From contig JAKLZA010000212.1 in assembly GCA_030704615.1 (NCBI GenBank), positions 1 to 31,922 on the forward strand: a stretch of 31,922 bases of DNA. The letters run 5' to 3'. How positions within the stretch are numbered: the first letter of the stretch is position 1; every line of letters starts with the position of its first letter. The position numbers and the translations under genes are program-made. The stretch is from Takakia lepidozioides. Taxonomy: Eukaryota; Plantae; Bryophyta. Below are positions 1 through 10,981 of this stretch, piece after piece. The notes beneath the pieces were generated by a model, which ran no database searches, was not told the DNA's origin, and worked only from the letters and a program-made list of their open reading frames with translations.

Positions 1-424
1 ACATGAGAGGATGGCCATACAATGTGTTACACTCACAACTACGCTTGAGCAAGCTACAATAGAAGTTAACAGTCAAGTGGAAAGATGTACGAAGGCAGAG
101 GCAGAGAATGTCGAGCAAGCGAAACTCATTGTCGATATGAAGAATACAATCTGTCGTAATGAGAATACTTTCAAGCAATACAGACAGGTTGAAGCTGACC
201 AAGAGAGGTACATCCTGGAATTGCAACAAACGGTCATGGTAAAGAGAAATGAACTCTCTGTGGCTAACAAGGCTTGGAAGGAAGCCAATAATCTGGCTGC
301 TGCCTATGCGAGTTTGGTTGAACCTCATGCGAAGCGCATGGAGGCTTTACAGCAGCAGATAGATGTGTATAGGCTCACAGAGGAGCAGACTCTCAGGGGT
401 GCCACACGCAACTTGGTGGATAAC
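1..424 (+). pseudogene. Truncated fragment of a coiled-coil ORF, paralogue of 24521-24944
   Basis: The translation MAIQCVTLTT...RGATRNLVDN aligns colinearly with MAIQCATFTT...RGTTSNLVDN in ORF 24117-25610 (offset 24520). Similarity stops abruptly after acttggtggataac (424). Confidence 0.85.
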
Positions 425-483
425 CCGGGGGCTGCACTCTTTATAAACTGTGCGTATCACGTGCGTTCGTCGCCTAATAAAAA

Positions 484-655
484 AACCCCCTGTATATGGG
501 TCCTTGGATAATTTATACCCCCTCTGTACATACTTTTTGAAGATTATAAAATCCCCTCCTGTAAATATACAAAAATTTACAATTTTCGAAAAGTACCCCC
601 TTCTGTATGTATATTCTCATTTTTCATCATTAAAAATAACCCTCCAATATGTATA
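484..655. repeat. Subterminal degenerate repeats (A-C4-6...TGTAYATA-like), about 5 copies
   Basis: aaccccctgtatat, accccctctgtacata, atcccctcctgtaaata, acccccttctgtatgta and aaccctccaatatgta lie next to the insertion junction. Confidence 0.55.
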
Positions 656-726
656 TGTATGTTTTTATATTATATCGAATTTATTCATTTAAAACATAAT
701 AAAATCTAACAAATTAATTAAAAAAA

Positions 727-3700
727 TTATTTGCCTTTGATAAAGTTGTCAAAGACTTTTCGGTCATTTGCATCAAGAACATATGTGTTTGACTTGACAT
801 TGTACTTTAAACATGCTAACGCGATAATGGAATCCAAATCAACCATCATGTTATCCGTCAAATCGTACGTATAGACCCCTCCTCGAATTTTTTGGTACCA
901 TGCTAACCCAATCTCCATATGAGAAGGACGCTCCAATAAATCAACAGAATCCCTACATTCTACAAACCGCTTAATGATTTTCTTCCGCATTCTTTGAACC
1001 CTGCCCAAATACTAAGTGCCTTTGGTTGCTCCTCTGCAGGTTTTCCCTGGTCTACCTTTCCTGTTTGTAGTTTGGATCGCAGTCTCCACATCAACAAAAA
1101 ATACAGCACAATCCGAACCCAATCCCAAGCTCGTGGCTTTGTTGCTGGTAGTTGGTTTGTTTTCTCGGCAAAACAACATCGATGCACTTCTTACTCGTGT
1201 CAATCTATCCTTGGATAGAGTAGGGTTGCCATTGAGTTGGCTAACCAAAGTGCTTTTGAATATGGTCTTCCCGTCTACTTTGACAAATGGAACCACTGCC
1301 TTCGATCCATCTTTCTCTTGTTCAAACTCATCAATGACAGCATCCAGAGTATGTCTCAATTCACTTTGAACAAGTACCTCTTCCGCATGATCATCCAAAG
1401 GTTGGCTCAAAACATCCTCCATTGAATTCGAAGGCCCGCACACCAATTCGTCTTCCACGACCTCATTTTGAATATGTGTGTCTGCATTAAGAGGACAAAT
1501 AGAATCTATGGCATTGACATCATCACCCTCCTCTTCCATGCTTTTGAATAGCTCGACCTCCATTTGTCTCTCAATTGTCCATGGCTCATTCCACCAATCC
1601 AAGTTTGTTGCTTTGTTTGGTTTCATCCCAAGTTTATGGCATAAAAGTTGCGCTTCTAGAAATCCAGTTTTCAAAGCCTCCACAATGCAATCATCCGATT
1701 GGACAGTAGAAAAGTCGGACAAATCAGCAAGGGGGATACCTGGCTTCTTCTCCAAAGAAGACCATATGTGTTCTTGTTTCTTGTGAGCTCTTGAGAACTG
1801 GGGTCATTTTGGATTCGCCTCGAACTCGGATATGCGTATTAATGCTCCCGCACTCTCAATCAAATCACACCCGTCATATGTCCTCTCATTCCGTGACATA
1901 CCTCCCACTTTGCTGAAGAATATTTCATACACATCTGAACCCACAAGGCTCAAAGGAACTTGCACATGATTAAACTTATCCTTGAACAATTTGATAAGTA
2001 GAACCACGTAGTGGCATGAAATTTGTAAATCCAAGTATGCTTCCCTGCTAATGAAGAAGGATTTCAGATTATACACCTCGTGCTGGAATAGCCACAACTT
2101 CCACAATCTGAAAAAAAAATGATACCTTCGCAGCAGATTGTACCCTCTCACACAATGACATGTGAGGAGACAAAAAAATGTCGATGTAGCATGAAATGAT
2201 GTATAGGTAAATTTCAGTACCTTTGGTCCTCTCTCTTCAATGATTCACAGTTGATTGTAACTCCCTCAAATAAGCTTGCACCTTCCGAGATGCCAGTCGT
2301 TGAGCTGCTGCCCAATTCTGTCGATCTTCTCTTTTGATATCACATTCCCGAAGTCCATGCTTGTCCACTGAAAATGAATGGTAGACCAATAACACATGAT
2401 TCAATGTAGCAACCTCATCACCCAACACCAAAGTCCGTGATGCACTGTCCAAGGGATTTACCAATTTTTTCCCATTGTGGATGAAGTCCTGATCATGGAG
2501 TCCGTATATATCTCCCCCGTTGCACACTCGACCTGTAAACAACCATCCTTCCCAAGGGATGCAAAATCTATTTCCAGCCCCATTGGCATAATCTTCTAAC
2601 ATCACTTTTCTCCTCCTACTATCTCCGTCTGAAGCATGCCCAATTATAGGCCCAACCACGTCCCTCACATATTTGTCCCACAACTGTCTCACCACTTCCC
2701 ATTGTGATCTCACAAAATTGTTGTCAAATCTATTGCAAGTGAGCTGGATTACCAATACCAATCGAGGTAACCGTACATGTAGAGGATTTGCTATCAACAC
2801 TCTAGCATAATGGGCAACCACATTGTTTTTGAATGCCTCCACAATATGTTGGTACCCTGATTCCCCTTCTCCCACTTGCACCACAAAAATTGAAATACAT
2901 ACATGGTTGTCTTGAAGCCCACAAAACCCGAGAAGGGTGTCATCCCTAGCAATCCAACGTACCAATCGCTTCACAACAGTTTCATCTTCGGCCACCATCA
3001 CTGGGATGCTTCCCAATGGAATATTTGCATCTTCCATCACATCTCTGTAAATTCCAGCCACATGCTGAAATATATCATCCGTTTCTCCCGCTCTATACTT
3101 CAAACCTTTCCTCAAAGACCGTCTTGTAGTATCAATAGAATGACCCCCCACATTTGAAGCCAAAAAATGATGCAATCTCGGACCCCCCAAAGCTGCACAG
3201 TCTCAAACATTGTTTTTGTGCTAGTACCATACCTCTTCCCTTGTGGAGACCTGTCAATATTCTTGCCCATATCAACAAGAAAATCTCACAAACTTTCTTT
3301 TCCTTCAAAATCCCCCCTCCTATGTGCATCAACAATATCACAACAAAATTTGAGAACATCTCCTCTTTCAATTGCCTCAATCCCAGACTCCTTCAAACTC
3401 CTACATCGCACAAACAATGATGCCACTTTGGTCCTGGCCTCCCACAATTTGAACCTCAACTGCCTCAACTCCTGTCTGTTTTTGTAAACTTGTTTGACAA
3501 TCTCCGCATTTCCAAGATATGACAACCTTCTTCCCTTGCCAGTATCTCTCTCCCCTCTACATTCCATGGCACCTCTTTCTCTATATACCCTCATTCTAAA
3601 GTCATTTTCCAAGGGAATGGAAGAACATGCTGAACATCTCAAGTTTGGAAATGGCTCCCCATCCAATGACACTCTAAAACAATCCGCGTGCCGAAACGTA

Positions 3701-4980
3701 CCAACAACCTTATGCTCTTGATTGTTTAGAGTGATGGTTGCATTTGTCAACGGCTCGACATACCACTTCTTTCCTCCCTTGCTATCTTGAAGGAATGGTT
3801 TCAGACTTATTCTCTGCTGGTTGTACTCCCACCATTCATCCCATAGGCCCCAACACAAACTGTCTCTTCCTTTGTTGCATTGGGACCTTTGCTGTAATTG
3901 TCAATCCTCGATCAGATCTCCCCGTTGGGCAGCGTAAACACAAGCGTATGGAGTTTGTGACGAGGATGCTCCCATTGTTGATGCCACAATTGGATTGTCA
4001 AGTGGTGGGGACGGCAACACAGGTTGACTGACCAAGAAAGAGCTTAGATCCCGTTGCTTTACATCTTTGGCAATCATAGGCTTTGGAGGCCTTCCTCTCT
4101 TTTTGCAAGGTCCTTCACTACTTCCAACCTTCTGGCAAATCTCTGCATCGACATGAGTTTTTCCTTTCACATGCTCTGTCAAAGAAGATTGCAAAGAACC
4201 TGTCCTTGGAAACAAGAGTAGCCACTTCGAATCCAGTGGGCACCTAATCCTTATGGAACCCAACTGCGAATAGTCTCCAATTGTGGCTTCCACAATCTCA
4301 AATTTGTTTCCAGGATTGTCCTCACAAAACCGAGCGACTTCCTCTAATGCCTCCTTCACCCTGTTCTTCTTTGCATCTAATGCTTCATCTGCATTTACAG
4401 GGCTGATGACACATTGTGATGAACCCTTCCCATGACGCCTCTCATAGGCTATGCGATGCCCCTCACTCCTCAAATGAGATCTCATAAAGTTTGCACATGC
4501 ATCATATGGTTTGTTTTTCCCAGACCGTGCATAAACATCCTCACACTCAACACACCATATGTGGAACATTGCTTGTCCTTGTTGATCCTTTGTCATCAGC
4601 TCAAACTTGTCACATCGTCCTTCTGCAGAGATTTTCCTTTCAACGGCTCTAATCTCTTTCTGCCATTTTTGAATATCGTTGGATGTAGCCAACGTGCTGC
4701 ACAATCTACCAGATCTCTGCTGAAGTGCATGCTCATGTGCATGGTCTTCATTTCCACCATCGCCAGCAAAGGGTGTATGAGGGTCCATCCTCATCTTGGT
4801 AGACACTGGTGCCGGGTCCTCGCCTGGTCTGTCCTCATGCAAGATCGTAGAACCACTGGAAGATAGAGGTCTTTTCAATCCTTGGTCCCCATCATTTTGG
4901 TCTGAAATCTTAATGTGTACAGTATCCCCTTTCAGAACCATCCTCTCTTCTTGCTTGGCTGAAAGGACACTACCCCCCAT
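727..4980 (-). pseudogene. P-element/THAP9-like DDE transposase with N-terminal zinc fingers and AT-hook, disrupted by stops and frameshifts
   Basis: ORF pieces join into one protein: two C2H2-like fingers (CVEC...HLRSEGH; RCPLD...EHVKGKTH), AT-hook KKRGRPPK, then AEDET, HASDGD, HDQDFIHNGKKLVN (DxxH), EDRQNWAAAQRL and GSDVYEIFFSKVGG, which is the motif order of P-superfamily transposases. In-frame stops occur at ~3286, ~2237 and ~1012, with frameshifts near 3190, 2115 and 1800. Confidence 0.7.
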
Positions 4981-5807
4981 GGAAAGGAAATGAAATTTTG
5001 CTGAGACAAGCTCATCACCTATAATTTCTGCTCAGATGCATTTGTATGTGACACCTTGCATAGTGAACACAGAACCAAGCCTGTTTGGTGATGCATCTCC
5101 TCCAACAAGCAGGACTTTTACTTCCAACTCTTCTTCCATGATGAGTTCACTTGCAAAATGCAATGAAAACATTTCAAATCAGACCTTGATAGACCAATAA
5201 CAAAGCACCCGGGTTGGAAGGTTCCAAAGTCATGTTTTATACAACCCTATAGGCTGTCCAAGTAGGAACTACGTTCATAAGAGGATGAAATGTATACAGA
5301 AGCAAGTACCTGATTGATGAGTTTGATGTTGTTAATTTTTGCTGCTGCTATTGACCAAATGCTACTACTTCCACTGCTGGTAGCCCTCTTGGGTGATCCT
5401 GAACCCACAGTCCATCCTTGCATCAGCGGCTAGCCCTCCCTCCACACTAACATATTTAAATACAAAGTTCTGTCAAACTCCCTACGATGTTGCATGAAGA
5501 AAGCTCACCTTGTTGACAATATTGTCCCACCGCTGTGGATCAAATTTATAGAACTCATGCCAGCGCTGTTCCTTGCTCCAAATCTGGCCCTCTTGGATGA
5601 TTTTGCACCCACGATCCTCTCCCTGCATCAACAGCTACCCCTCCCTCCACACTAACAATGCGTACATCATGCCTCTGCAGCTACTACTGTGGCTTCCAGT
5701 TGACCATCTACCCATCCAGGTTTCTTGTAGCTATCATTCCACATGGAATCATAGGTAATCTGGAGCTTGGAATCCGCCATCTGGAAATCTAGGGACGACT
5801 CTGATAA

Positions 5808-6100
5808 TAGGGAAAAACAGGCTGAAATGTGTTGAAGAAGGTTCCTTCATTAGCAGTCCCTTGTTCTATCTATTATCTTTTTTTTAGGTACTGTCATGCT
5901 ACCACCTCGGCAGCAACTTGCAAAGTCACTCCAGAGCACCGTAGATCCACCCAACGAGCTAACTTACAGAATTCAATACATATGCTTCAGGGCTGAGTCT
6001 GATGAGAGGGAAAAACAGGCTGAAACAGGTCAAACCAGAAGGTGCCCTCAGGCTGAAATACGTTGAAGAAGGTACCTTTCATCAGCAGTGCCTTGCTTTA
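5808..6100. repeat. Short degenerate direct duplication
   Basis: agggaaaaacaggctgaaa occurs at ~5809 and ~6007; gttgaagaaggt.cct..ca.cagcagt.ccttg occurs at ~5831 and ~6062. Confidence 0.6.
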
Positions 6101-6208
6101 TCAATTGCGCTGTTGCCGCTGCTGTTTCCAGTTGACCATCCACCCACATTGTCCCACCATTGACTGGGGTCAGAAAAGTGTCTCATTCCAAAGCTTCTCT
6201 TCATCTCT

Positions 6209-6520
6209 GTGGTGCTATTGTAGGGTGACTTCAATGCCCAAGTGGGCAAAGGGCTCCATCAGGACGATATCATTGGGTCTTCTGGTGAGGACGAGCTGAA
6301 TTCTAATGGCAGACGGTTAATTAACTGTCTGGAAGAGCTTCAGCTTTTGACCTTGATTAACAAGACAAGAGGTGACCAAGTGCAGTGGACTCGTGAGAAA
6401 TCCCAAACTGGGGAACGTTCCATTGTGGACTATATCATAATGGACAAAAATTTGTTCCCCCAGTGTGCCAATGTGTTGATCGACAGAACTGATATTGGTA
6501 CCTCTGACCACTTTCTGGAC
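6209..6520 (+). pseudogene. LINE apurinic-like (EEP) endonuclease fragment
   Basis: Reads VVLL*GDFNAQVG...NSNGRRL...WTR...SIVDYII...TSDHFL, containing the conserved GDFN, DY and SDH motifs of non-LTR retrotransposon endonucleases. Confidence 0.85.
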
Positions 6521-7394
6521 TGAGATCAAAAGGTGTTTTCCCAAGGCCAGAGTAGAAGAGATTCTCAAGGACCTGGACCTAGATCCGCAAGTCTTGACCC
6601 TGCTGGATAAATCAGACTTAGAGGCTGTAGTGTCCAAAGCCATGTCTATTGCCATGAGATTGTCTGATGAAAATGAAGTTAGGCATAAAACTTCCCTGAA
6701 CTTGTTTCTAGTCAGTGACATGGGGGAGGACATCTTGGATGACCTCAAGGGTCCACCCACTCTTGGCACTAGACTGAAATTTAAACTCAGGGAAGGAAGC
6801 CTACCTTTGAACATGAAACAGAAGCAGAGAGGAAAGGGGGAGTGCACTCTCCCAAGTGAACCTGCATCATTCAGTTGGCAAGACCGTGTCTGAAAAATTG
6901 ATCCATTTGAAGACACCACGGTGTAGCTGAGCACAGCCTGACATGACAACAATTAAACATCATACTGAGACAAGAGAAGCAGTCAAGGACACAGTCATGC
7001 ATATGGCAGCAAGTGATCACCCTTCAAACATGATTGAAAACATACATGAGGTCAAAGGCAATAAGAAATCAGCGAAGGGTACTGCAGCTAACAGTTGGAG
7101 TGTCTTTAAAGACAAAGGGAAGAGAAAGAAACACTTCACTGGCAATGAGGGGAGGCTGTGGAAACGCCAAGAGGATGGCACAAATGATAGAAATAACAGG
7201 GCTGGGCAAAGGATCCTGCAGGAAGAAGAAAGGGTATGTCAGCATGGAAAGGACGTGCGGCTCATTCCAACAGAAAGGGGAACATTCGTGCAGTTAAGTA
7301 CAACAACCAATTGCCCTTCAATTATGGCTGGAATTTTCCAAAAGGCGAGGGATGATAAGGATGAGATTGTACTCATAAGACGTTGTTTGCCGTA

Positions 7395-7700
7395 GCCTTG
7401 TGGCCATTGACCCCGTGCCCAGTTTCAGTGGGAACAAAAGGAACAGGGCTGACGTTGGTAGTAAAACTTACCATCGTATAAGGAATTAATCCGGGTTTTC
7501 CAGATATCCTCTAGAAAACCCTTCACACAAGCATCAATCTGTTGTGTGTGATTTGCCCAAAAACTAGGCCTCAGGAGGGCCTGGGCTTTTGGCTCAGCCT
7601 CGAGACTTTCAAAGTTGGTAAACAGGGGTACAGGCACAATTCCCTTGATAAGAGAGCCTCTCTTTGGTGAGAGAACCCGGACAGTGTATCAGAAAATGAA
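7395..7700 (-). pseudogene. 3' end of a LINE ORF2 (zinc-knuckle/C-terminal region), cut at the Mutator-like element boundary
   Basis: The minus strand reads HFLIHCP immediately at 7700, then ...KAQALL...FW...DACVKGFLEDIWKTR, resembling LINE ORF2 C-termini. Confidence 0.5.
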
Positions 7701-7785
7701 GGGGGCTGCTATTTCATGAGCCATGAGCCATGAGCGGCATGAGCCATGAGCAGAGTCGTAAGTGTGGAAAAAAACATGAGCAGCA
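7701..7785 (+). repeat. Left terminal inverted repeat containing tandem CATGAGC heptamers
   Basis: gggggctgctatttcatgagccatgagccatgagcggcatgagccatgagc...catgagc. Confidence 0.75.
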
Positions 7786-8163
7786 CTATTTTCCGGAAAT
7801 GAGTGTCCGCGGGAATAGGGTTTAGGGTGCCACGGTCATAGGGGGAGAAGGACCTCCCGATGAAGGAGGTTCGGCAATGTTATTTAGAATTATATATTGA
7901 AAGGCAATGTTTCGCGAATGGTAGGGTGGTACTGCTCTGTACAATGGGGGCCCATTTCAGCCTACCAGCCATTTGCAAAATCCACCCACACTCCCAATCC
8001 CAAACGAAATGAGCAATGACGCATTCTCGGAACGATGGACACAGAATAGAATAAAAAGAGGGCACAATGAGGTTTTTATTGATCCACATGAATTGCATTT
8101 GAAGCACGTCTACTGTGCTGATTGTGCCATCAAATCTTGAGCCCTGTGCCTACTGAATACAAG

Positions 8164-8727
8164 TCACGTTGTCAATGGGACTTCGACTGCTCTCAGAACT
8201 AGCTCATGAGTCATGGGGCTCCTCCATGTAAAGTCGATTGCAGCCGTTGTACCGCCCCTAGTGATGTTCACCACAATGTCCTGCCCTTCAATCATACCAC
8301 CATCGAATATGGAAATCTTCACGTTTTCGTCGTCCACACCAATGCGAATGTCCCCATACAATGGAGAAGAGGAGCGCACTCCTCGAGGAGAACAGGTCTC
8401 TCCGATGGAGTCCACCCACGTCCAGTGGCAGCAGTTCCACCGCAACAGCATAGCAGTGCGCCTTCTTCTGCATGGGTGACCGTCGTAGCTGGGAAAATCG
8501 GAATCGAGGATGCGCAGGAGCCACGGACTCCTCAGACCAAGATCGTCACCCCGCTCGAAGGCGTAGTGGCCTACGATATACTCAAAAGCCACCAATGTTT
8601 CCACAATCGAACCAGTATCTTCTCTGTAATCTGTGTACCAGATAACAATGTCTCCCGATGTGGCCGAATACATTGCATAATCGATGCCTCCAAAGGGGCA
8701 GTCGTCCCGGTTCCGGAAGCACGGCAT
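8164..8727 (-). CDS. Unknown ~187-aa cargo protein, paralogue A
   Basis: Intact ORF from ATG 8727 (MPCFRNRDDCPFGGIDYAM...) that aligns end to end with ORF 9277-9855. No family recognised. Confidence 0.7.
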   Translation of the reverse strand: MPCFRNRDDCPFGGIDYAMYSATSGDIVIWYTDYREDTGSIVETLVAFEYIVGHYAFERGDDLGLRSPWLLRILDSDFPSYDGHPCRRRRTAMLLRWNCCHWTWVDSIGETCSPRGVRSSSPLYGDIRIGVDDENVKISIFDGGMIEGQDIVVNITRGGTTAAIDFTWRSPMTHELVLRAVEVPLTT

Positions 8728-8956
8728 CCTTGCAAAGGAGGACCTGAGGACGACTTGGATGCCGATGACCTTGCGGACAGCTACGAAGCCCTTAGATTTT
8801 GGAAATGATACGAAGCGGAAGAGCAGTCCGGCCTCCAATAATGGAGCATCTGGGTCACACGTACCCACCGACGGAGGTGGAACGTGTTCATCACGCCAGC
8901 GGTGGATGAAGCCATACATCTTTCTCATCAACAAGTTATAGTTTGAGATCTGCCAC

Positions 8957-9019
8957 CGAAGTCCATCCCCCGGATGGAAATTCGGCGCCGCATTTACATC
9001 GAAGAGGGGATGGACTTCG
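8957..9019. promoter_or_regulatory. ~63-bp imperfect hairpin centred on one copy of the element palindrome, between the divergent paralogues
   Basis: cgaagtccatcccc ... gatggaaattcggcgccgcatttacatc ... ggggatggacttcg. The regulatory role is inferred from position only. Confidence 0.55.
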
Positions 9020-9276
9020 TCGTGTCCAGTGGCTATCGGCCCACCTGGCAGTGACTGCCCATAGTTTGCATGGCAGGGTAGGAAACTGAAACGGCTACAT
9101 TCATGCAGCAGCCAATCTTCATCGGTCCAGGATCCTGTAGGGGGGAAATTTAAATGTGCCCTGGAGTGTTTGTGAGGAATTGCAGCGTTAGCTTGAACTT
9201 TTTCCAGCCACCGTGGTCCTCCTCCTCCATCCGTGAGCTGCTGTCATTGAGCGTACTCCGCGACTCTTTTTGAAGA

Positions 9277-9855
9277 ATGTCGTGCCGCCGAAATCCAGCC
9301 GACTGCCCTTATCATGGGCACGATTATGCTATGTTCAAACCAGAATCAGGAGACATCATTGTCTGGCTCTCTGTTTTCACAGACGCTGCTGGAATCAAGC
9401 AAGAGTCTTTGCGCGCAATGGAGTATCTGGAGGGCTATTACCGCTTTGAGCGAGGTGAGGGCGAGGGTCAATGCGGTCCGTGGGTCCTGAAAATTGTTGA
9501 TCTCGATATACCAAGCTGGAAAGGGATGCCGGATAGATCACGCACGGCCTCGCTTTGGCGCTGGAACTGTTGCCAGTGGACCAGGGAGGACGGCACCGGG
9601 GAAAACTATATACGTGCAGATCACTCCGCTCTTCCAGTGTATGGAGACATTCGGCTGCGTTGCGAAGACGAATCGCACGGGCACATGAGGCCCACAGTGA
9701 CCTTGTCAATGTATGATGGTGGTATCATTGATGGACATGACATTGTCGTCGGCTCCAGCAAGGGCAGCAGAACGACCGAATTGCAGTTTACCTCGAGGTG
9801 CCGCAACAGTGATGGGCTTGTTTTGAGGGGTATCGAAGTTCCGTCGACTTGGTGA
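9277..9855 (+). CDS. Unknown 192-aa cargo protein, paralogue B
   Basis: Intact ORF. Shares the blocks DCP..G.DYAM....SGDI..W, Y.FERG, PW.L.I.D, RWNCC.WT, P.YGDIR, DGG.I.G.DIVV and LVLR..EVP with paralogue A. Confidence 0.75.
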   Translation: MSCRRNPADCPYHGHDYAMFKPESGDIIVWLSVFTDAAGIKQESLRAMEYLEGYYRFERGEGEGQCGPWVLKIVDLDIPSWKGMPDRSRTASLWRWNCCQWTREDGTGENYIRADHSALPVYGDIRLRCEDESHGHMRPTVTLSMYDGGIIDGHDIVVGSSKGSRTTELQFTSRCRNSDGLVLRGIEVPSTW

Positions 9856-10111
9856 AGCCCATGTAGAAGGAGGAAGGGCTTAGTTTTGTCTGCAGTTGGT
9901 AAATGTGAGACATCGTGTCCGATCAATAAACCCATCGTACCTCACTTCTGTATGATTGTGTTTCATTGTGTTGAATAACTGTCGGAATTGGCCCACTGTT
10001 TACAATTTGATGTCTCATTTCTACAATGTGTCTGTCCGGATGAATATAGCAGAGTAACCGGTATGTGAATCATGTGTCAAGAATATACCAGAGTAACGCC
10101 ATGTCGGACAT

Positions 10112-10845
10112 TGAAATGCGGCACCGCATTTCCATGTCGGCATCGAAATGCGGCGCCGCATTTCCATGTCGGACAAGAAAATGCGGTGCATCATTTCCGT
10201 CCAGGTACACGAAATACCAACACGGGTCTATAAATTGATCAGAAAACGAGGTTGGCATTGCAAATGCGGCGACGCATTTCCAGCTTGGCAATGGAAACTT
10301 CTTTTTGGACAAGGGAATGCGGTGCCGCATTTCCGTACAACACTTCGAAAAGTGTGACATTTCCGACCAGCGCGATGGAATGCGTTACCGCATTTCCGAG
10401 AGAGGGTCTGCAAATGGACAAATTGCGATGTCCGTTCTGGAAATGCGGCGCCGCATTTCCATGTCCGTCATCGACTTTTTTTTAACAATGGAATGCGGTG
10501 CCAATTTTTGCTGATGGGCCTGCAGTTCGAACAACGACCATCCCCAATACTGAAATGCGGCACCGCATTTTCAATCCCGCCATGTCGACCTCGTTGTTCG
10601 ACCTCGTTGTTCGACCTCTGTAAGCGTGGTGGCATCCATGCAATGAGCGGGAGAGGCCAAAACTGGCGTGTGGACAAAGGAAATTTTGGAAATGCGGCAC
10701 TGCATTTCCAATTCAGATTACTTTTTATTATGCCAACATTGAAATGGAAAATTTAGTCCCTCCCCTGTTTTGGAAATGCGGTGCCGCATTTCCAAAAGAG
10801 GTTCTTAGAGTTGCCAAAATTTTGGAAATGCGGTGCCCCATTTCT
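10112..10845. repeat. Palindrome array 1: about 12 copies of GGAAATGCGGYRCCGCATTTCC
   Basis: Copies (position of the T in AATGC) at 10117, 10149, 10182, 10265, 10318, 10381, 10444, 10494, 10556, 10693, 10777 and 10829. Confidence 0.95.
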
Positions 10846-10981
10846 GATTTTGGGAGCGTCGTGGTTTGGGCGATTGTGTGGCTGGAATGCACACTGGAGA
10901 GGGGTCACGAATGTCGGGCAGAATTTCCTTTATATACTCTGGAAGAGAATTTACATTTACAGAGACTTCATTAAAATTCTA

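Larger units (their letters stand above)
425..5600 (-). mobile_element. Degenerate P-element-like DNA transposon (right boundary not determined)
   Basis: Sharp insertion junction at 424/425, subterminal repeats at ~484-655 and a transposase pseudogene at 727-4980. Possible further upstream exons lie at ~5100-5600. No matching second terminus was found. Confidence 0.6.

Noticed and set aside
6495-7395. ORFs of 132-211 aa between the LINE fragments
   Set aside because: No convincing domain beyond a possible LINE C-terminal scrap (RLKFKLREGSLPL); treated as decayed transposon sequence.
8728-8934. 69-aa N-terminal extension of ORF 8164-8934
   Set aside because: It starts at a non-ATG codon, and homology with the paralogue begins only at ATG 8727.
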